A DNA stretch of 64,000 bases from Lama guanicoe. Lineage: Eukaryota. Positions 11,947 to 25,013 of the stretch are shown piece after piece. Under the pieces are notes generated by a model. It ran no database searches. It saw only the letters and a program-made list of their open reading frames with translations, and was not told the origin of the DNA. The translations under genes were made by a program, and so were the position numbers. How positions within the stretch are numbered: the stretch's first letter is position 1; each line of letters starts with the position of its first letter. The DNA is taken from positions 10,489,175 to 10,553,174 of the forward strand of contig MU056000.1 in the NCBI GenBank assembly GCA_013239625.1, given 5' to 3'.

Positions 11947-14104
11947 TATTTGACTTTTCCTGAGCTACAGAAATGGCAGTTTCAACCTAACACTTCTGCC
12001 ACCTCTTGTAACTTCTAGGTTATAGTCTTTACTCATTTTTCTCTTGGGATTATTTACAGTGTGAGTTTGAATACACTTCTGGCATATTAGAGATATTGAC
12101 CTGTCATATTTGATAGAAATATCTTTTTAATTTTTTTTGTTTGTTTAAAACTGTACTGTTTAGGATTTAAAATTTTTAGCTGTTTGAAAACATTTGTTCT
12201 TGTCCTCGGAACTTCATTTTGTAGAAAACGTTGTACACCTTTTAGCAGGCACCTCAGCTGCCCATGCCTGCCCTGAGATGGGCTGACTTTACTCAGGACG
12301 TAGCTGCCACTTTGGAAGCTCTGAGAGCAAGTGTCACCCCTGCTACCTGCATGTCTGGACTGTAGACTCTTCATGTCTCAGGCATTTGTTAGAGAACTCA
12401 GTCAAGAAATACCCGGGACTCTCCGGTCCTGCCAGAGGTTGAGGACATTTAGATTTCTGAGGCCATCTGCTGAATATGCATATCAGCCACTGACAGATTT
12501 TCTAAAAACCTCCAGCTTTGTATCAAAGTGGATAACCAGAGGCCAGGTATCTAAACTGTATTTTCTCATCTTCCCCAGAAATGCTGTCACTGGCCTGCAA
12601 TTTTATTTTATGATCTCAGTCTCTTTAAAGGATCTGTTCTAAGAGTTGGCACCTTAAGGTCTACAAATGAAGATGTCTGCTAAGTTTTCCAAATATTCCA
12701 TATTTTGGAATTCATGCTGAGATGATTCTTCTGTGATTTTAGTTGGACTCTTCAGTGACCAAATAAAAAGGCACATCAGTTAGAAAAGGATCCTGTCAGG
12801 ACCCCTGGCAGGAATTAAGAGCATTTCTGGCCCCAAGAACAGCTTGGATCTCAGTTATTTTTTGTTTTGGATATTCTTTTGGAAGTAAGTGGTATAAACC
12901 CAAATTTAATTTTAGAAGTTTGAGTCACCTCTGAAATAGCATGAGTAGTTTATGCATTTTGAAAGGTGCAGTTCTTTTGAATTAGCCATTGTGCGTATTT
13001 GGGGTAACTAGGGGTTTTGCCATAGGGAAGAGGCGCATATTAGAATGCACGAGTCTGCTTGACGGGCCATTATATTGCAGTGGTTGGACCACTAAATAAA
13101 AATGCGGCTCTCCAAATTTTATTGTTGAAAAGAAGTACTTTTATATCAACTTTTAGCATCATCCTGTGACTTAAACCTTGAAAGCAACTGATAATGAGGG
13201 TCCAGTAGTTGGACGCAGGGTGACTGTTGCATGGTGCCCACCCATGATGAGGGTGACACTCTTTTTGTGAAAGTGTCAGTGGGGAGCAGGGTTTCCAGTG
13301 ACCGTGGAGGAAAAGCAGGACAAGCGAAAGGACTGCCAGGCGGGGGGTGAGTGAGGTGGGGAAGCCGCGAGGCTGCTGCCCGTGTCTGAGCAGTGTCCAG
13401 CGGAAAACTCCGATCATCTGGGCTGCCTGTGGACCAGGTCACTGGGATTGGGATGTGCTTCAAAATGGTCCGTTTGGATGGCTGTATTTGAGTGACTGAG
13501 CATGCCACTGAGCATTTTCAGTTCCTTGTTTCACTTCCAGGCTGAACAAGAATGACACTTAAGTCTACTTTTTAAAAAAGTCTAGCAGGTTTTTCCAGGC
13601 TATACCTTCTAGCATGTAGGTTTTCTTACATATACCATGGAAATTTAGAATTTGGGGCATTATTTTTAATATGGAGAAATAAGCTGGGTTCATCTCTCTT
13701 GTCTTTCTTATCTCTTCATTAAAGAGTTGGGGGTCAATTTAAACACAGATTAAAGCCTTCAGAATGTTGGTTGTTAATAAATAAGTGTTAACAGTTACTT
13801 AGAAAGGGACGTATAACTCCAACTTTGGGGGTGACTAGCATTTTATTAATACTTGATATGTGATTAATATGTTCTAGTGTGTTGCATATGCTACATATGT
13901 CGGTATTTTGACAGTATTAACATTTGTTAATTTTGTGTGATTAATTTAAAAAAAGGAATTAGAATATCTTAATGTGGAAGACTCAGCCAGTCTTGTTTCC
14001 GTTCTTCCAGGGATCGGGGGCACATTGTTTCTACAGGAATAAAACTCTCCACACTGTCTGAAGTCAGTAACGACCATTTTGAATTCTTTGATGCTTTCGC
14101 CCAG

Positions 14105-14248
14105 GGCTACGAGGAGGTGTCTCAGAAATTCACCTCCATAAGGCGAGTCCGTGGAGATAATTACTGTGCGCTGAGGGCCACGCTGTTCCAGGCCATGAGC
14201 CAGCCGGCGGAGCTGCCCTCCTGGCTGCAGGACCCGGAGCTCACGCTG
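14105..14248 (+). CDS. OTULIN: OTULIN coding exon 4 (144 bp), catalytic Cys (human C129) codon at 14165-14167
   Basis: cccag|GGC TAC... translates to [48 protein letters not shown]; donor CTG|gtacgc. Confidence 0.98.
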
Positions 14249-14959
14249 GTACGCTGCCGCTGCAGGTTTGAGTCTGCAATGTTTCCAGTCGTTTTTGTGA
14301 GAAAGACTTCTCTGCCCCATGTGCCATGTGCTAGCACTGCCTGCAGGGTGATCAACATGAGGGTTTATTCAGTTTTGTGGGGCAGGGATAATTTGCATAG
14401 TGAAGCGACCAAAAATGATTGCTATTTCCCAGAAGAGGAAGATGATAAAGTGTATATAACACTTCAGCAGAATTGGAGAGTCGGTGTTTAGGGTCTGTAC
14501 AAAGCACTTAGGGGCAGTATGACTTCAGTGTTGGAGTCTGTGCCATGTGGGCTGGATATTGTGCTATCTGAGAACTTGCTGGAGTTTTTGAAGGCACATT
14601 TCTGTAGTCTTGGCTCCAGTTCAAGGACCCAGCACCCTCTGCGTACTGGCTTGGTAGGTGACGGGGAGCAACACCAGAGAGGAGAGATGTTAATGTCAGC
14701 CTGAGGAAGGCTTCCTGGGAGGTGAGGGTCAGGAGCTGTGTCTCACGCTGACCCTCTGTAGTGTTTTAAATTTAAATCTGCAGTGTGGTAGTGGCAGCCC
14801 AGGAACTCATGTATCAGTGACACATATCAGCTGAGGTCATGTAATAGGTTAGGTGTAGAATAACCTCAAGGAGTTTGGTGGGCAGGCGTGAGTGGGCAGA
14901 ACTCACAATATGACATTAATTGGAAGAAAATTAGAAGTTTTGTGCATATATTAAAAAAG

Positions 14960-16300
14960 AAAACCCAAAAAGCTAGCTCTGGGAGGTCTGCCGTACTGGC
15001 AGCTTAAAAGGGAAAAATAATGTCAGGGTTTCAATTGATTGCAAGCTAAACATGAGCCCACGTGGTGTGTGATGGCCGCAGGGATAATGGAGCCCTGTTT
15101 TTTTCCTTTTTGTTTTTCAGTTGACGTGCAGTTGATACACAATGTTATATAAGTTACAGGTCTATAATATAGTGATTCACAATTGTTAAAGGTTGTACTC
15201 CATTTACAGTTATTATAAAATATTGGCTCTACTCCCTGAGATGTGCAGTGTGTCCCTGTAGCTTATTTTATTGCCCTATATTGCCCTTCCCCTTCCCTGT
15301 CCCCACTGGTCACCACCGGTTTGTTCTCTGTAGCTGTGAGTCTGCTTCCTTTGTGTTATATTCACTAGCATGTACTTTTTAGATTCCACATGTAAATGAT
15401 ATACAGTATTTGTCTTTCTCTTCTGACTTATTTCACTTAGTGTAATGCTTTCCAAGTCCATCCATGTTGCTGCAAGTGGCAAAATTTTGTTCTTTTTTAA
15501 ACGACTGAGTAATATTCCATTGCGTGTATATGTATGTATGTATGTGTGTGTGTGTGTGTGTGTACACATACACCACATCTTCTTTATCCAGTCATCTGTT
15601 GATGGACACTTAGGTTGCTTCCATATCTTGGCTATTGTGAATAACACTGCTGTGAACATTGCGGAGCATGTATCTTTTTGAGTTAGTGTTTCTATTTTTT
15701 TCTTAAATGTATACCCAAGATTAGAATTGCCGGGTCATATGGTAGTTCTGTTTTTAGTTTTTTGAGAAACCTCCATACTGTTTTCTGCAGTGGCTGCACC
15801 AATGTACATTCCCACCAACAGTGTACGAGGGTTCACTTTTCTCTGCATCCTCGCCAACATTTGTTACTTTTGTTCTTTTTGATGATAGCCATTCTGACGT
15901 ATGAGGTGATACCTCACTTGTGGTTTTGATGCGCATTTCCCTGATGATTAGTGATGTTGAGTATCTTTTCCTGTGCTTATTACGAAACCCTGTTTTAAAA
16001 GGAATGCTTCTAAAACGCAGGCAGTGACCGCCTGTCTTGAACTGAGCTGATCAGATTCCATCTTGAGGGCTGAGGATGTGCCTGTACCCTCAGTACAGAT
16101 GGAGTGTGTGTAAGATGATTTGTCTCACTTAGGGAACAGTTGAAGGAGCTGGGGTATTTGCCTACAATGAAAAAGATGTGTAGAGGATACTGGCTGGCAG
16201 CTAAGCTGGTTAGAGGTCTGTTAGGTAGACGGGTTCACACGCCGTCAAAGGGCAAAACCAGGACCATTGGGTAGAGGATACTGCCTGTCTGTCAGGTGAT
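14960..16300 (+). mobile_element. CR1/L3 LINE relic interrupted by the L1 at 15102-15981
   Basis: ttgattgcaagctaaacatgagcc...gtgtgatg before the L1 and ttgaaggagctggggtatttgcct after it resemble L3 ORF2. Confidence 0.55.
15102..15981 (-). mobile_element. 5'-truncated L1 (ORF2 C-terminus + 3' UTR) with degenerate 15-bp target-site duplication; internal (TATG)n(TG)n
   Basis: ORF 15276-15659(-) MFTAVLFTIAKIWKQPKCPSTDDWIKKMW is the L1 ORF2 tail; flanks atggagccctgtttt (15087-15101) and acgaaaccctgtttt (15982-15996). Confidence 0.93.
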
Positions 16301-18413
16301 TGTCTATTTTATAAACTGGTATAAGATCAGCACACTTGTGTGTTAAACTGTCTAGGTGGTGTCCGTGGAAGATGCTTTCTTCTAACCAAAGATGCATGTC
16401 ATCTTAAGCAGATTTCTCTGTTGTAGCTTATTTTTTTTATCAGAGGCAAAAGAAATGGATACATTAGGCTATTTTTAGCTTTGCAAATCATAATACATGT
16501 TAGTACTGAAATATTTCAGAATTGTTGCTCAATCAAAAGCGTTCCTGTGACTGTGAGACACTGGTAGGGAAGCAAACATGGGTGATTGCGCTGTGTTTTG
16601 CTTTAACTTGTGTTTGATAACCATAGCTTAATTTATAGATTGTGACATAAAATCCTCCCTAATTAGGCTGAATTTTCCTTTGAGCCTTTTACTTTCAGGG
16701 GCTATTTAGATTTATGGACTTAATTGACGTAATGAATTTGAATTTTTTTATACTTTCTGAGAAACTCTGGTGCAAATAGCATTCTACATAATTAAACATG
16801 TAAGATATGCCCCATGAAATAAAGCACAGTGTTCCTTTTACTTTGCTAACAGGATACGTTTGGGTAGGACCATCTGCCATGTTACAAGTGGTCGGCAGAG
16901 TGTGCTTGGTTTCTGATCAGCATTAGAGTCTGTCGTGTGGATGAGCGGTGGGGCTTTGAGGTGGCTTTCCTGACTTAATCTGAGTCATATGGAAATTCTC
17001 AAGTGCTCTTTCTGATTTCTTCCCTTTTCTGTATATATCAGCCAACAAATGGCTTTCTCTTGGGAGCATAACCTAACTGGTTGGTCACAGTGGTATTACT
17101 TTGTCATCTAACCTTTGTTGAATGCCAAGAGGCCTGTGTCGGAGAGAAAAAGCATGTCATACCTGCCTGTGAGTTCAGTATGAAAGTTTATTGAACTTCT
17201 CCTGCTCTCACTCAACCAGGCTTGTCCATGTGTTGACTTTGCAGCCGCCAGCCACTTTCCCATTGATTGGAGCTCTTTCTTGACAGGGTCTGTTTTGTCG
17301 TTTGTCTTGAGCAGGTGTCTGGTGTACCACATGTTTCTTGTTCGAGGTGCCAGTGCAGGAAGGTGCCCAGTCTTGGTTGTTGCCCTTGATCTGTCTATGT
17401 TTTAACCACCAGTTGTCCCGTGCACCCGCCTATGGATGCTGTTCCATCCCTGTTCTCATTCTGGGCCTTCCACCCGGTCTTCCTTCAGAAAGGCTTCACT
17501 GACATTGGTCTTGTTGAGTGAGTGAGTGGGTGGTGCGGCACGACCTAAAGAAGTCGGGGTGGAACCAAGTGCGAGTATATAGAGGGGTGGTGAGGCCTAC
17601 AGGGGCTGGCAGTGCGTCTGATGGTGGTGGGGTACCCCGACTACCTCCCCCAGAAGCGGTTTCTCCATCAGCAGATACTGCTGGTGGTGTGACTGTGATA
17701 AGTAAATGTCTTAATATCTATTAGCACACATGCTTAAGACAAGCAGATCCAGTGATACTTAACTGTATTTTTACAAAACGAGAGAATCTTACAGGAGTTT
17801 TTGTATGAAAATCTCTGCCCATTTCCTACCCGTCTTCCTCCTACATCAGAATAACTTGTATCCTGTCATTTTAATTAAACCATGTTTACTGTTAGAATTT
17901 GCTATAAATTGTTTGGGTTTAAACTGGGGTAGCCTTGCTATTATAAACACAATAACCATCTGACGATGAATCTGTCTCAGTTTACCTTGATCCTTGGTCT
18001 TTCTGAAATGCCGAGGGTCTCTCCTGACTGCTAACTTGTGTCCAGTGACAGTTGTATTTCCTCGTGTCCGTGGGAACACAGAAAGGGTATTCACAGCAAG
18101 TAGGCTGGAGGGAATCTAGGTTTAGCATTATTAAGGTCTCCTGAGCTGCCCAGGCTCTGTGATAACCCAGTTCTTCAACTTTGGGAATTGGACAGGTCCT
18201 GGGACACCTAAGTTTGTATGTGAATCTGTAGACCCAGAACCAGCCTTGGCCTACAGCTTGCAGGCCACATGCTGTACTAAACATCTCTTGAGCTCAGCGT
18301 GCCTCTCATCCAGAGTTCTGTGAGCCCAGAGAAGCCACATGCCCTGGAGCTGGCTGCATCTGCTTCCATTTACGTTTGGAGAGAGGTTCTGTGTAGCATT
18401 TTGCCATTGACTG

Positions 18414-18429
18414 TCTCTCTCTCTCTCTC
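18414..18429. repeat. (TC)8 microsatellite
   Basis: Direct reading. Confidence 0.85.
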
Positions 18430-20875
18430 TGTCTCCCCTAGAACACACTTGGTTTCAGGACATTAAAGGAAAACAGAAGCACTAGACCGAGACCCTCCCC
18501 TTAGGCTGAGTTCAGTGGAGGAGAGCCCAGACCGTGCCTTCTGCTTCTGCTTGGCCCCTCTGGCCTTGCTCTGCCCACTGCCCTTCTGGCAGTTGGGCCA
18601 CCCCTCCCCTCCTGAGGTTGTGCTGGGCTCCTTGTGTGTTGTTCCTGCTTCTGTCCAGATCCCAGTCTCGGTGTTTGACTGTAGTCTGATCATCTGACCC
18701 TGATCCTGGTCTCAGATGTGGCTTGGTAGTGTCCTTTGGGGCAGGGGTCCTTTGGTTCCAAGTTTGCTAAATTTTAGAGTGTCTCTGACGGTTGGGACTT
18801 GTGACAGTGTTTGCCTGGAGTAGGATGGACTGTATGTCAAAACTCCTTTTATGAGGTAGTTTGGGGATGATTCATTTTTGTTATTTGCTATCCCTTTAAT
18901 CATGGTGTTGATTTCAACAATTACGGACACTTGCTATAGGAAATTTCAGGCTGTTTTTATAGTTCAGTCACAAGTGAAGTTACACCTAAGCTAATTACCT
19001 ACTTTATTAAATATTTCAATCACTGTTTCCCATTTAAACCTTGTTTTTTCCTCACATCTCTCTTAATGTAACAGCCGTCCCACCTTTGTGCATAGTGTAA
19101 AGGATGGGAATGTGTGTGTGTTATATGTGCTGTGACCCCCTGAAAGCACTGAAAGTTATATTCACAGTTTTCATCTGAGTAAAGAATTTCAACTCCATTC
19201 TTTCCTCATAGTTTCTTTTTCACACCTCAGTTTTTGGGCTTTCTTCAGGATCTCCACATCTCTCAGAAGTATATAACCCTGCATAATTACTTCAGCAACA
19301 GTTTGGCCCAGGCATGGAAGGACTGAGGAGACAGACTTTGATTTGGGCTTCTCTCTGTGCGTTAGGTCTTTGGGGGTCTCCTGAGTAATTCAGTTGAGTA
19401 CTGTGCCTGCTTTTTGGGTACCTGCACAGTGTCACGTGATGCTCACGTGGTCTCCTGGGCTTCCCTCCACCCCGTTTCCCGACTCAGATCCGTGTAGCCA
19501 GTCTTTTCTGCTCATTGCACTTCTTTGTGCCCAATTGTGATTTCAGCTTGTTGCCACTTGAGGGCATTTTAGGTTCTGATGATAAACCTGAGAACCTGAT
19601 TGAAGGTTTACAGCAAAACTGCACACATATTGCTGAGATGCAGGACAGTGTGGGCACAGAACTGGGTGGCGTTTGGGTGGGTGGTCAGCTGCCATCATAA
19701 TAAGATGAGAACACAGCCCCCTCCCCCTACTAATGAGTCAGTGTAGTTCGCCATCACTGTGGTAACTACCTAAAGCGGAATTTACATTCCTTTTGTGGTT
19801 TTAGGTTCTTGTAGAGATGAAACCACCTTAGTTTCACATGATTGCTGTAGATTGAGAAGGTGAAAACTTGAGTTACCGTTCATGAAAGGGTCTTCAGAGT
19901 CTTAGATTCCAGGAGAGCGGAGCATATGGCCTCATTTAAAACTGTATAACTGTTAAGCAAGCTCAGGTTCCAGGTAGGAATTAATTATTTTCTAATGGTC
20001 TTTTGACTGGGAGGTGAACTTTTGCTTCCTTTCTGCACTTTGTAGCACTGAAGTGACATGCCTGTGCCCAGCCTAATGACATGGATTTTCTGACACAGCC
20101 AGGACGTGGGGAGAGGCTGAACTCCTCTGCTGTCATCAATCGAGTCATGTCCCAGCTTGCCTTTCAGACTTCATAATCTATTGATGATCGGGGAAAAATA
20201 ACAAACGCTCCAGGAAAAAAAGGAAATGGGCACAGTGACAGTTCAACTGTTAGTTCTTTAGTGAGCTGGGCCTTCACAGCTCCCTTCACCCTGGCTTCTT
20301 TCTCTCGGTTGTATTTTTCACTTTACTACATGGATTAGGCAGTTAAACTAGGTACCATGTTGCTTCTTTCAAAACTTTGAGGATATATGTAAATATCAGA
20401 AATTAAGTTTTATTTTCCTAATCAGTAATGAAGCAGGTTTTTACTGTGTCTTAGACCATCTCACAGGCTCAAAGCACCTTCCTGAGTCAGACATTAGGGC
20501 GGTAGGGAGGCCGCCAGTGAGCCCAGCAGCTGCCTGGGCGCTTTACGTGAAGAGCTGGTGCGGATGCTGCCGCGGCATACCCCTGCCAAGTGCTGGGGAG
20601 CGTTCCTGGTCAGGGCTGGAGCCCAGCGAGGCACTGAGCCTTTGTGTCCCAGCCGAAACCGCCCCTTCGCTCCAGCAGCCCTCCTCAGGGTGGGGCTTTC
20701 CGAGTTCCTGACTTCCACATTTAAGTCCTCCACAACCTAAATGCAGGCAGATGTGCAGGAATTAATTCTGGAAACGAATGTAGGTTTTATAGGCTTTGTG
20801 GTTTCTTACAGCTTGGATCGTGTGATGGACGTTTTGGAATGTTAACATTTTTCTCTCTGTTTCTTGATACTCTAG

Positions 20876-21001
20876 TTACCAGAAAAACTCATGAGTAAAT
20901 ACAGCTGGATCAAGCAGTGGAAACTTGGACTGAAATTTGAGGGGAAGAGCGAGAACCTGGTTGATAAAATTAAGGAGTCCCTCACATTACTAAGGAAGAA
21001 G
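20876..21001 (+). CDS. OTULIN: OTULIN coding exon 5 (126 bp)
   Basis: Read manually (absent from the ORF track): tctag|TTA CCA GAA... translates to [42 protein letters not shown]; donor AAG|gtttgg. Confidence 0.97.
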
Positions 21002-22365
21002 GTTTGGAACATGTAGTTTCCTTTCTCTGATAAGTGTGAGGCTCTCACTCCTGACTGCCCCAGCAGACCGCTTCTCAGTCCTCACCTCATGGGTTACCAA
21101 ATGCTCTTGGCTGGTTGTTAGGCAAAATAATTCTAAATGAACACAAACTCTTCCTGTGAAGTCTTTGGTAAAATGAGGAAAAGTCAACATCGTATACTCT
21201 CGGAGGAGAGGGTATGTTTAGTGAAATGTTTAACTTTGTTTTAAAGGAAATCTTACAAATGTAGTCTTTGTTCTAAGTCATATTGACAAGTTTCAGGGGT
21301 ATCAGTTAGTCCATTACTGATGCTTCGTTTGTGCCAGGCTGTCCCCTAAAAGTTTCATGTGTTAATTTAGTTCTCCCATCTACCAAGCTGTTTCTGCTGT
21401 GGTTGTCCTCACTTTACAGCTGGGGAGATCAAGCCCCTGCGGAAGCCACCAGCTGCTCACTGGTGAGACCTTTGTTCCATCCTGACCCTCTGACTCTGGA
21501 GCCGTCTCTTGCTGCCAACGTGGTCTACTTGTGGAAAATACGAGCTCTTCTAGCTTCCCAACCAAATATTGCAGAGTCCTGTGGCACGTTCATGACCATT
21601 AAAATTTACTCTTGAATTTAAAATGTTAATAGTTTTTGGGAGAAGCAGGAGTTAGTGGCTATTCGTAAGGGTTAGTTTCATATTGGCATCTCTTACTCTC
21701 ATTCACTTTAACTTAAAAGCACATGTATTTGTAGGGTTTTCTTCCTCACCTGAAGAGTTTGCCCATCTTAGCTGTATACTTGACACTCTGCTTTATTCTT
21801 CATCAGGAGTCAATAAGAATTTGCTGAGTGGATTTATTCTTTTGAAACTCACATGTATTTTTAAGAGGGTAGGAGGGTAAGTTTAGTAAACAAATATTCA
21901 GGAGAGCCCATAATCTTCCTTGCCTATCTTCACAATCTTCACGTTTGAAGGTTGGCTTGGTGTTTCTGGGTGGTAACAGCTGCTGTAAGCCCGCTAAGGG
22001 GAGGAGTGATTTTAGCTGCCCCTCACAGCCTCACACATGCACGTTAGCTCTTCTGCGAGTACTTCTGATCGACTGGTTCCATCTCTTTGCCTGGGAGGAT
22101 AGGGGAGTTGAAATTTCCATTCCATGGCCCCAGAGCTCCTCCTTAGTGCATTGTACTTTTGTTTCTGATTAATGAGGGGAAAGCTGAATAAGGAATTTGG
22201 GTGGTCTAAAGAGTACCATCGTTTGAGCTGGAAGCTCAAATGTTGAGCATTGGTACATGACCCCTGGTCATCTACTTTTGAAAATAAACTTGTGCTCGTA
22301 GTATGGACTTTTACCAGGGACTTACAGGACGAAAGTGTAGTTATTATGCAACTTTCTTATTATAG

Positions 22366-22635
22366 TGGGCAGGCTTGGCTGAGCTGAGAACTGCTGAAGC
22401 AAGACAGATAGCTTGCGATGAACTGTTCACGAATGAAGAAGACGAGTATTGCCTCTATGAAGCTGTCAAATTTCTAATGCTAAACAGAGCCATTGAACTG
22501 TACGATGACAAAGAGAAGGGAAAGGAAGTTCCATTTTTCTCAGTGCTTCTCTTTGCTCGGGATACATCCAGTGACCCTGGACAGCTGCTGAGGAACCATC
22601 TAAACCAGGTGGGACACACTGGTGGCCTTGAACAG
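22366..22635 (+). CDS. OTULIN: OTULIN coding exon 6 (270 bp)
   Basis: tatag|TGG GCA GGC... translates to [21 protein letters not shown]...[17 protein letters not shown]; donor CAG|gtgagt. Confidence 0.98.
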
Positions 22636-22659
22636 GTGAGTTGTACCTTTGGGAGTATA

Positions 22660-23150
22660 TTAGCCCAGAACAGCAGCTTCAGCCATCAAACGTTATCTCA
22701 GGTTTTGTGGGTCAGAAGTTCAGGAGCAGCTTAGTTTGCTCCTAGGTGGCTGTGGCTCAGGGTCTCAGAAGGTTGCAGTTGAATGTTGTTCAGGGCTGCA
22801 GTCATCTGAGGGCTTGACTGGGGCTGGAGGAGCCACTTCCAACATGGTGCACTCACCTGGCTGTTGGTAGGAGGCCTTGGTTCCTCGCTGACGGTTAGTG
22901 GGAGGGTTCAGTTCCTTGCCATGTGGGGCTTTCCATAGGGCTGCTTGAGAGTCCTCAGAACATGATGGTTGACTTCTCTCAGAAAGTGATCCAAGAAGAG
23001 AACAAGGAGGAAGCCACAGTGCCTCCCACGATGTAATCTTGGAAGTCACACACCATCACTTACACCATATTCTGTTTGTTAGAAGCAAGTCACTTAATCT
23101 TTCCAACACTCAAGTGAGGAGTGCCAAAAAATTGTGAACCTGTTCTATAA
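22660..23150 (-). mobile_element. MLT1 (ERVL-MaLR) solo LTR just after the OTULIN exon 6 donor
   Basis: tctcaggttttgtgggtcagaagttcaggagcagcttag...gggctgcagtcatctgagggcttgactggggctggagga is MLT1F-like. Confidence 0.8.
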
Positions 23151-23804
23151 CCAGCATGGTTATCTCAGCCTAGGCCTTCTTCTGCAATGTGGTGGATGGG
23201 GTCAGTACCCCTGGCTCCGTTAAGCTACAAATAAGCCAAGTACTTGGAAGAGTCATCTGAAGGGACTTGTTTAATCGTGGCAGCTGTAGCTGTGTAGGTA
23301 GCATTCTCTAAAAATAGAAATGGAGTCACTTTAGCCAGTAGAGCCCAGCCTGATCTTGGATCTTTTACAGATATGCCAAGTTGGAATTTTACGGAGACCC
23401 AGTGGAGTACTGTCCTGTGGGCCAGCAGCTGACTCACCACACTTGCACTGTCTGTCTTTGGTGTGTTCATTATGTTGCCCTGAAAAGCGTAAGCGAGATA
23501 GCCAACCACAGAGCAGCAGTAAGGCTCTCCTTCCAGGGGGCTGCCTTCCTGCTTGCCCGACTGTCCGTGGTGCTTGCCTTTCCCTGGTACATAGGAAAGA
23601 GCACAGATAGACGATGGTCAGTGCTGGGTCAGGCAGGACTGAAGACAACTATTTTAAAAAATTATCTATATTCATAATATAGGTTACTTAGGTCTCCTGA
23701 ACCATAGCAAATACTTTGCAGGACCAAGCCTGGTAGAGCGTGATTTGCATCTTAGACTGAGCTTAGTCCTTTCTGAGTCCCCACAAAGTCTGCTGTAACA
23801 TTTT

Positions 23805-24830
23805 TTAAATAACAGCTTTATTGAAATTAATATGTTTCATGAAGTGTGTAACCCAGGTTTTTAGTATGTTTACAGAGTTTTGCAGCCATCACAAAGACCA
23901 CTTTGTCACCCCTAAAGGAAACCCCATACCCATTAGAACTCATTCCTCCTTCTCCAGCTTTCTGTTGTTAAAGATTTGCCTATTCTGGGTGTTTCACATA
24001 AATGGAACCTTATTCAGTGGTCTTTCATGACTGGCTTCTCTCACTTAGCCTAAAGTCTTCAAGATTCACCCATGTTACAGCGTGCGTCAGTACTTCATTC
24101 CTTTTTTTTTTTTGACAAATAACATTCCATTGTATGGATATGTCACACTTTATTCATCCATTTGGGTTGTTGCCACTGTTAGCGATTCTGAATAATCCTG
24201 CTGTGAAATCATGTACAGGATTTTTGTGTGGACATGTGTTTTCGCTTCTTTTGGGTATAGACCTAGGAGTGGAATTGCTGGGCCATATGGTAATTCTTTG
24301 TTTAAAATTTTGAGGGACTACCAAACTTTTTTAAAGCAGCTGCACTGTTTTACATCCCTACCAGCAAGGTTTCAGAGTCCCATTTCTTCACATCCTTACC
24401 ACACTTTTTAAAAAAGAATTGAGATGAAGTTTATGTAACACAAAATTAACCATTTTACAGTGTACAGCTCAGTGGCTTTCCGTACATGTACAGTGTCGTG
24501 TGACCATCGCCTGTGCCAAGTTCCGAAACAGTTTCATTGCCCTGAGAGAGCACCTTGTACCTGTGAAGCCGTCACTCCCCATGATTATCTGTCTGTGGTT
24601 CTAGCCATTCGGGTGGGTGGGAAGGGGCGTCTCACTGTGGGTTTGATTTGCATTTCCCTGATAACTTTTCATGTGCTTCTTGGCATTTGCATATCCATTT
24701 TGGAGAAGTATCTATTCTGTACATGTCCTTTGCCCAATCTTTGAACTGGTTGTTTGCTTTTTTGTTGTTGATTTGTAAGAGTTCTTTATGTATGCCGGAT
24801 GCAGGTCCCTTATCCGACATGTGATCCCTT
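23805..24830 (-). mobile_element. L1M 3' fragment with a second L1 3' end nested at ~24405-24580
   Basis: aacagctttattgaaatta...cctaggagtggaattgctgggccatatggtaa...; ORF 24632-24820(-) SDKGPASGIHKELLQINNKK is an L1 ORF2 relic. Confidence 0.85.
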
Positions 24831-25013
24831 CCTGATGGTGTGTTTGTTACCTAACAACCCATGTACAGAGGAGTGGGGCTGGGCCCACGGGGCGGAAAAA
24901 AGGCTGTGGCTTTGCCAGGCTCTGTGCTGCCTGGGACGTCAGGGAGGGAGCGGGTGGTGAGCTGCATCCTTCAGTGGGGCATCCCTCCACACACTTGTTT
25001 GCTCCTCCTGCAG

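Noticed and set aside
22636..22734. ORF extension of exon 6 into the intron and MLT1 LTR
   Set aside because: Simple read-through past a consensus CAG|gtgagt donor; no poly(A) evidence.
24861..25013. In-frame ATG (MYRG...) and an in-frame AG at 24973-24974 upstream of OTULIN exon 7
   Set aside because: Open intronic frame by chance; the upstream AG has a poor pyrimidine tract, and the MYR resemblance to the PIM is coincidental.
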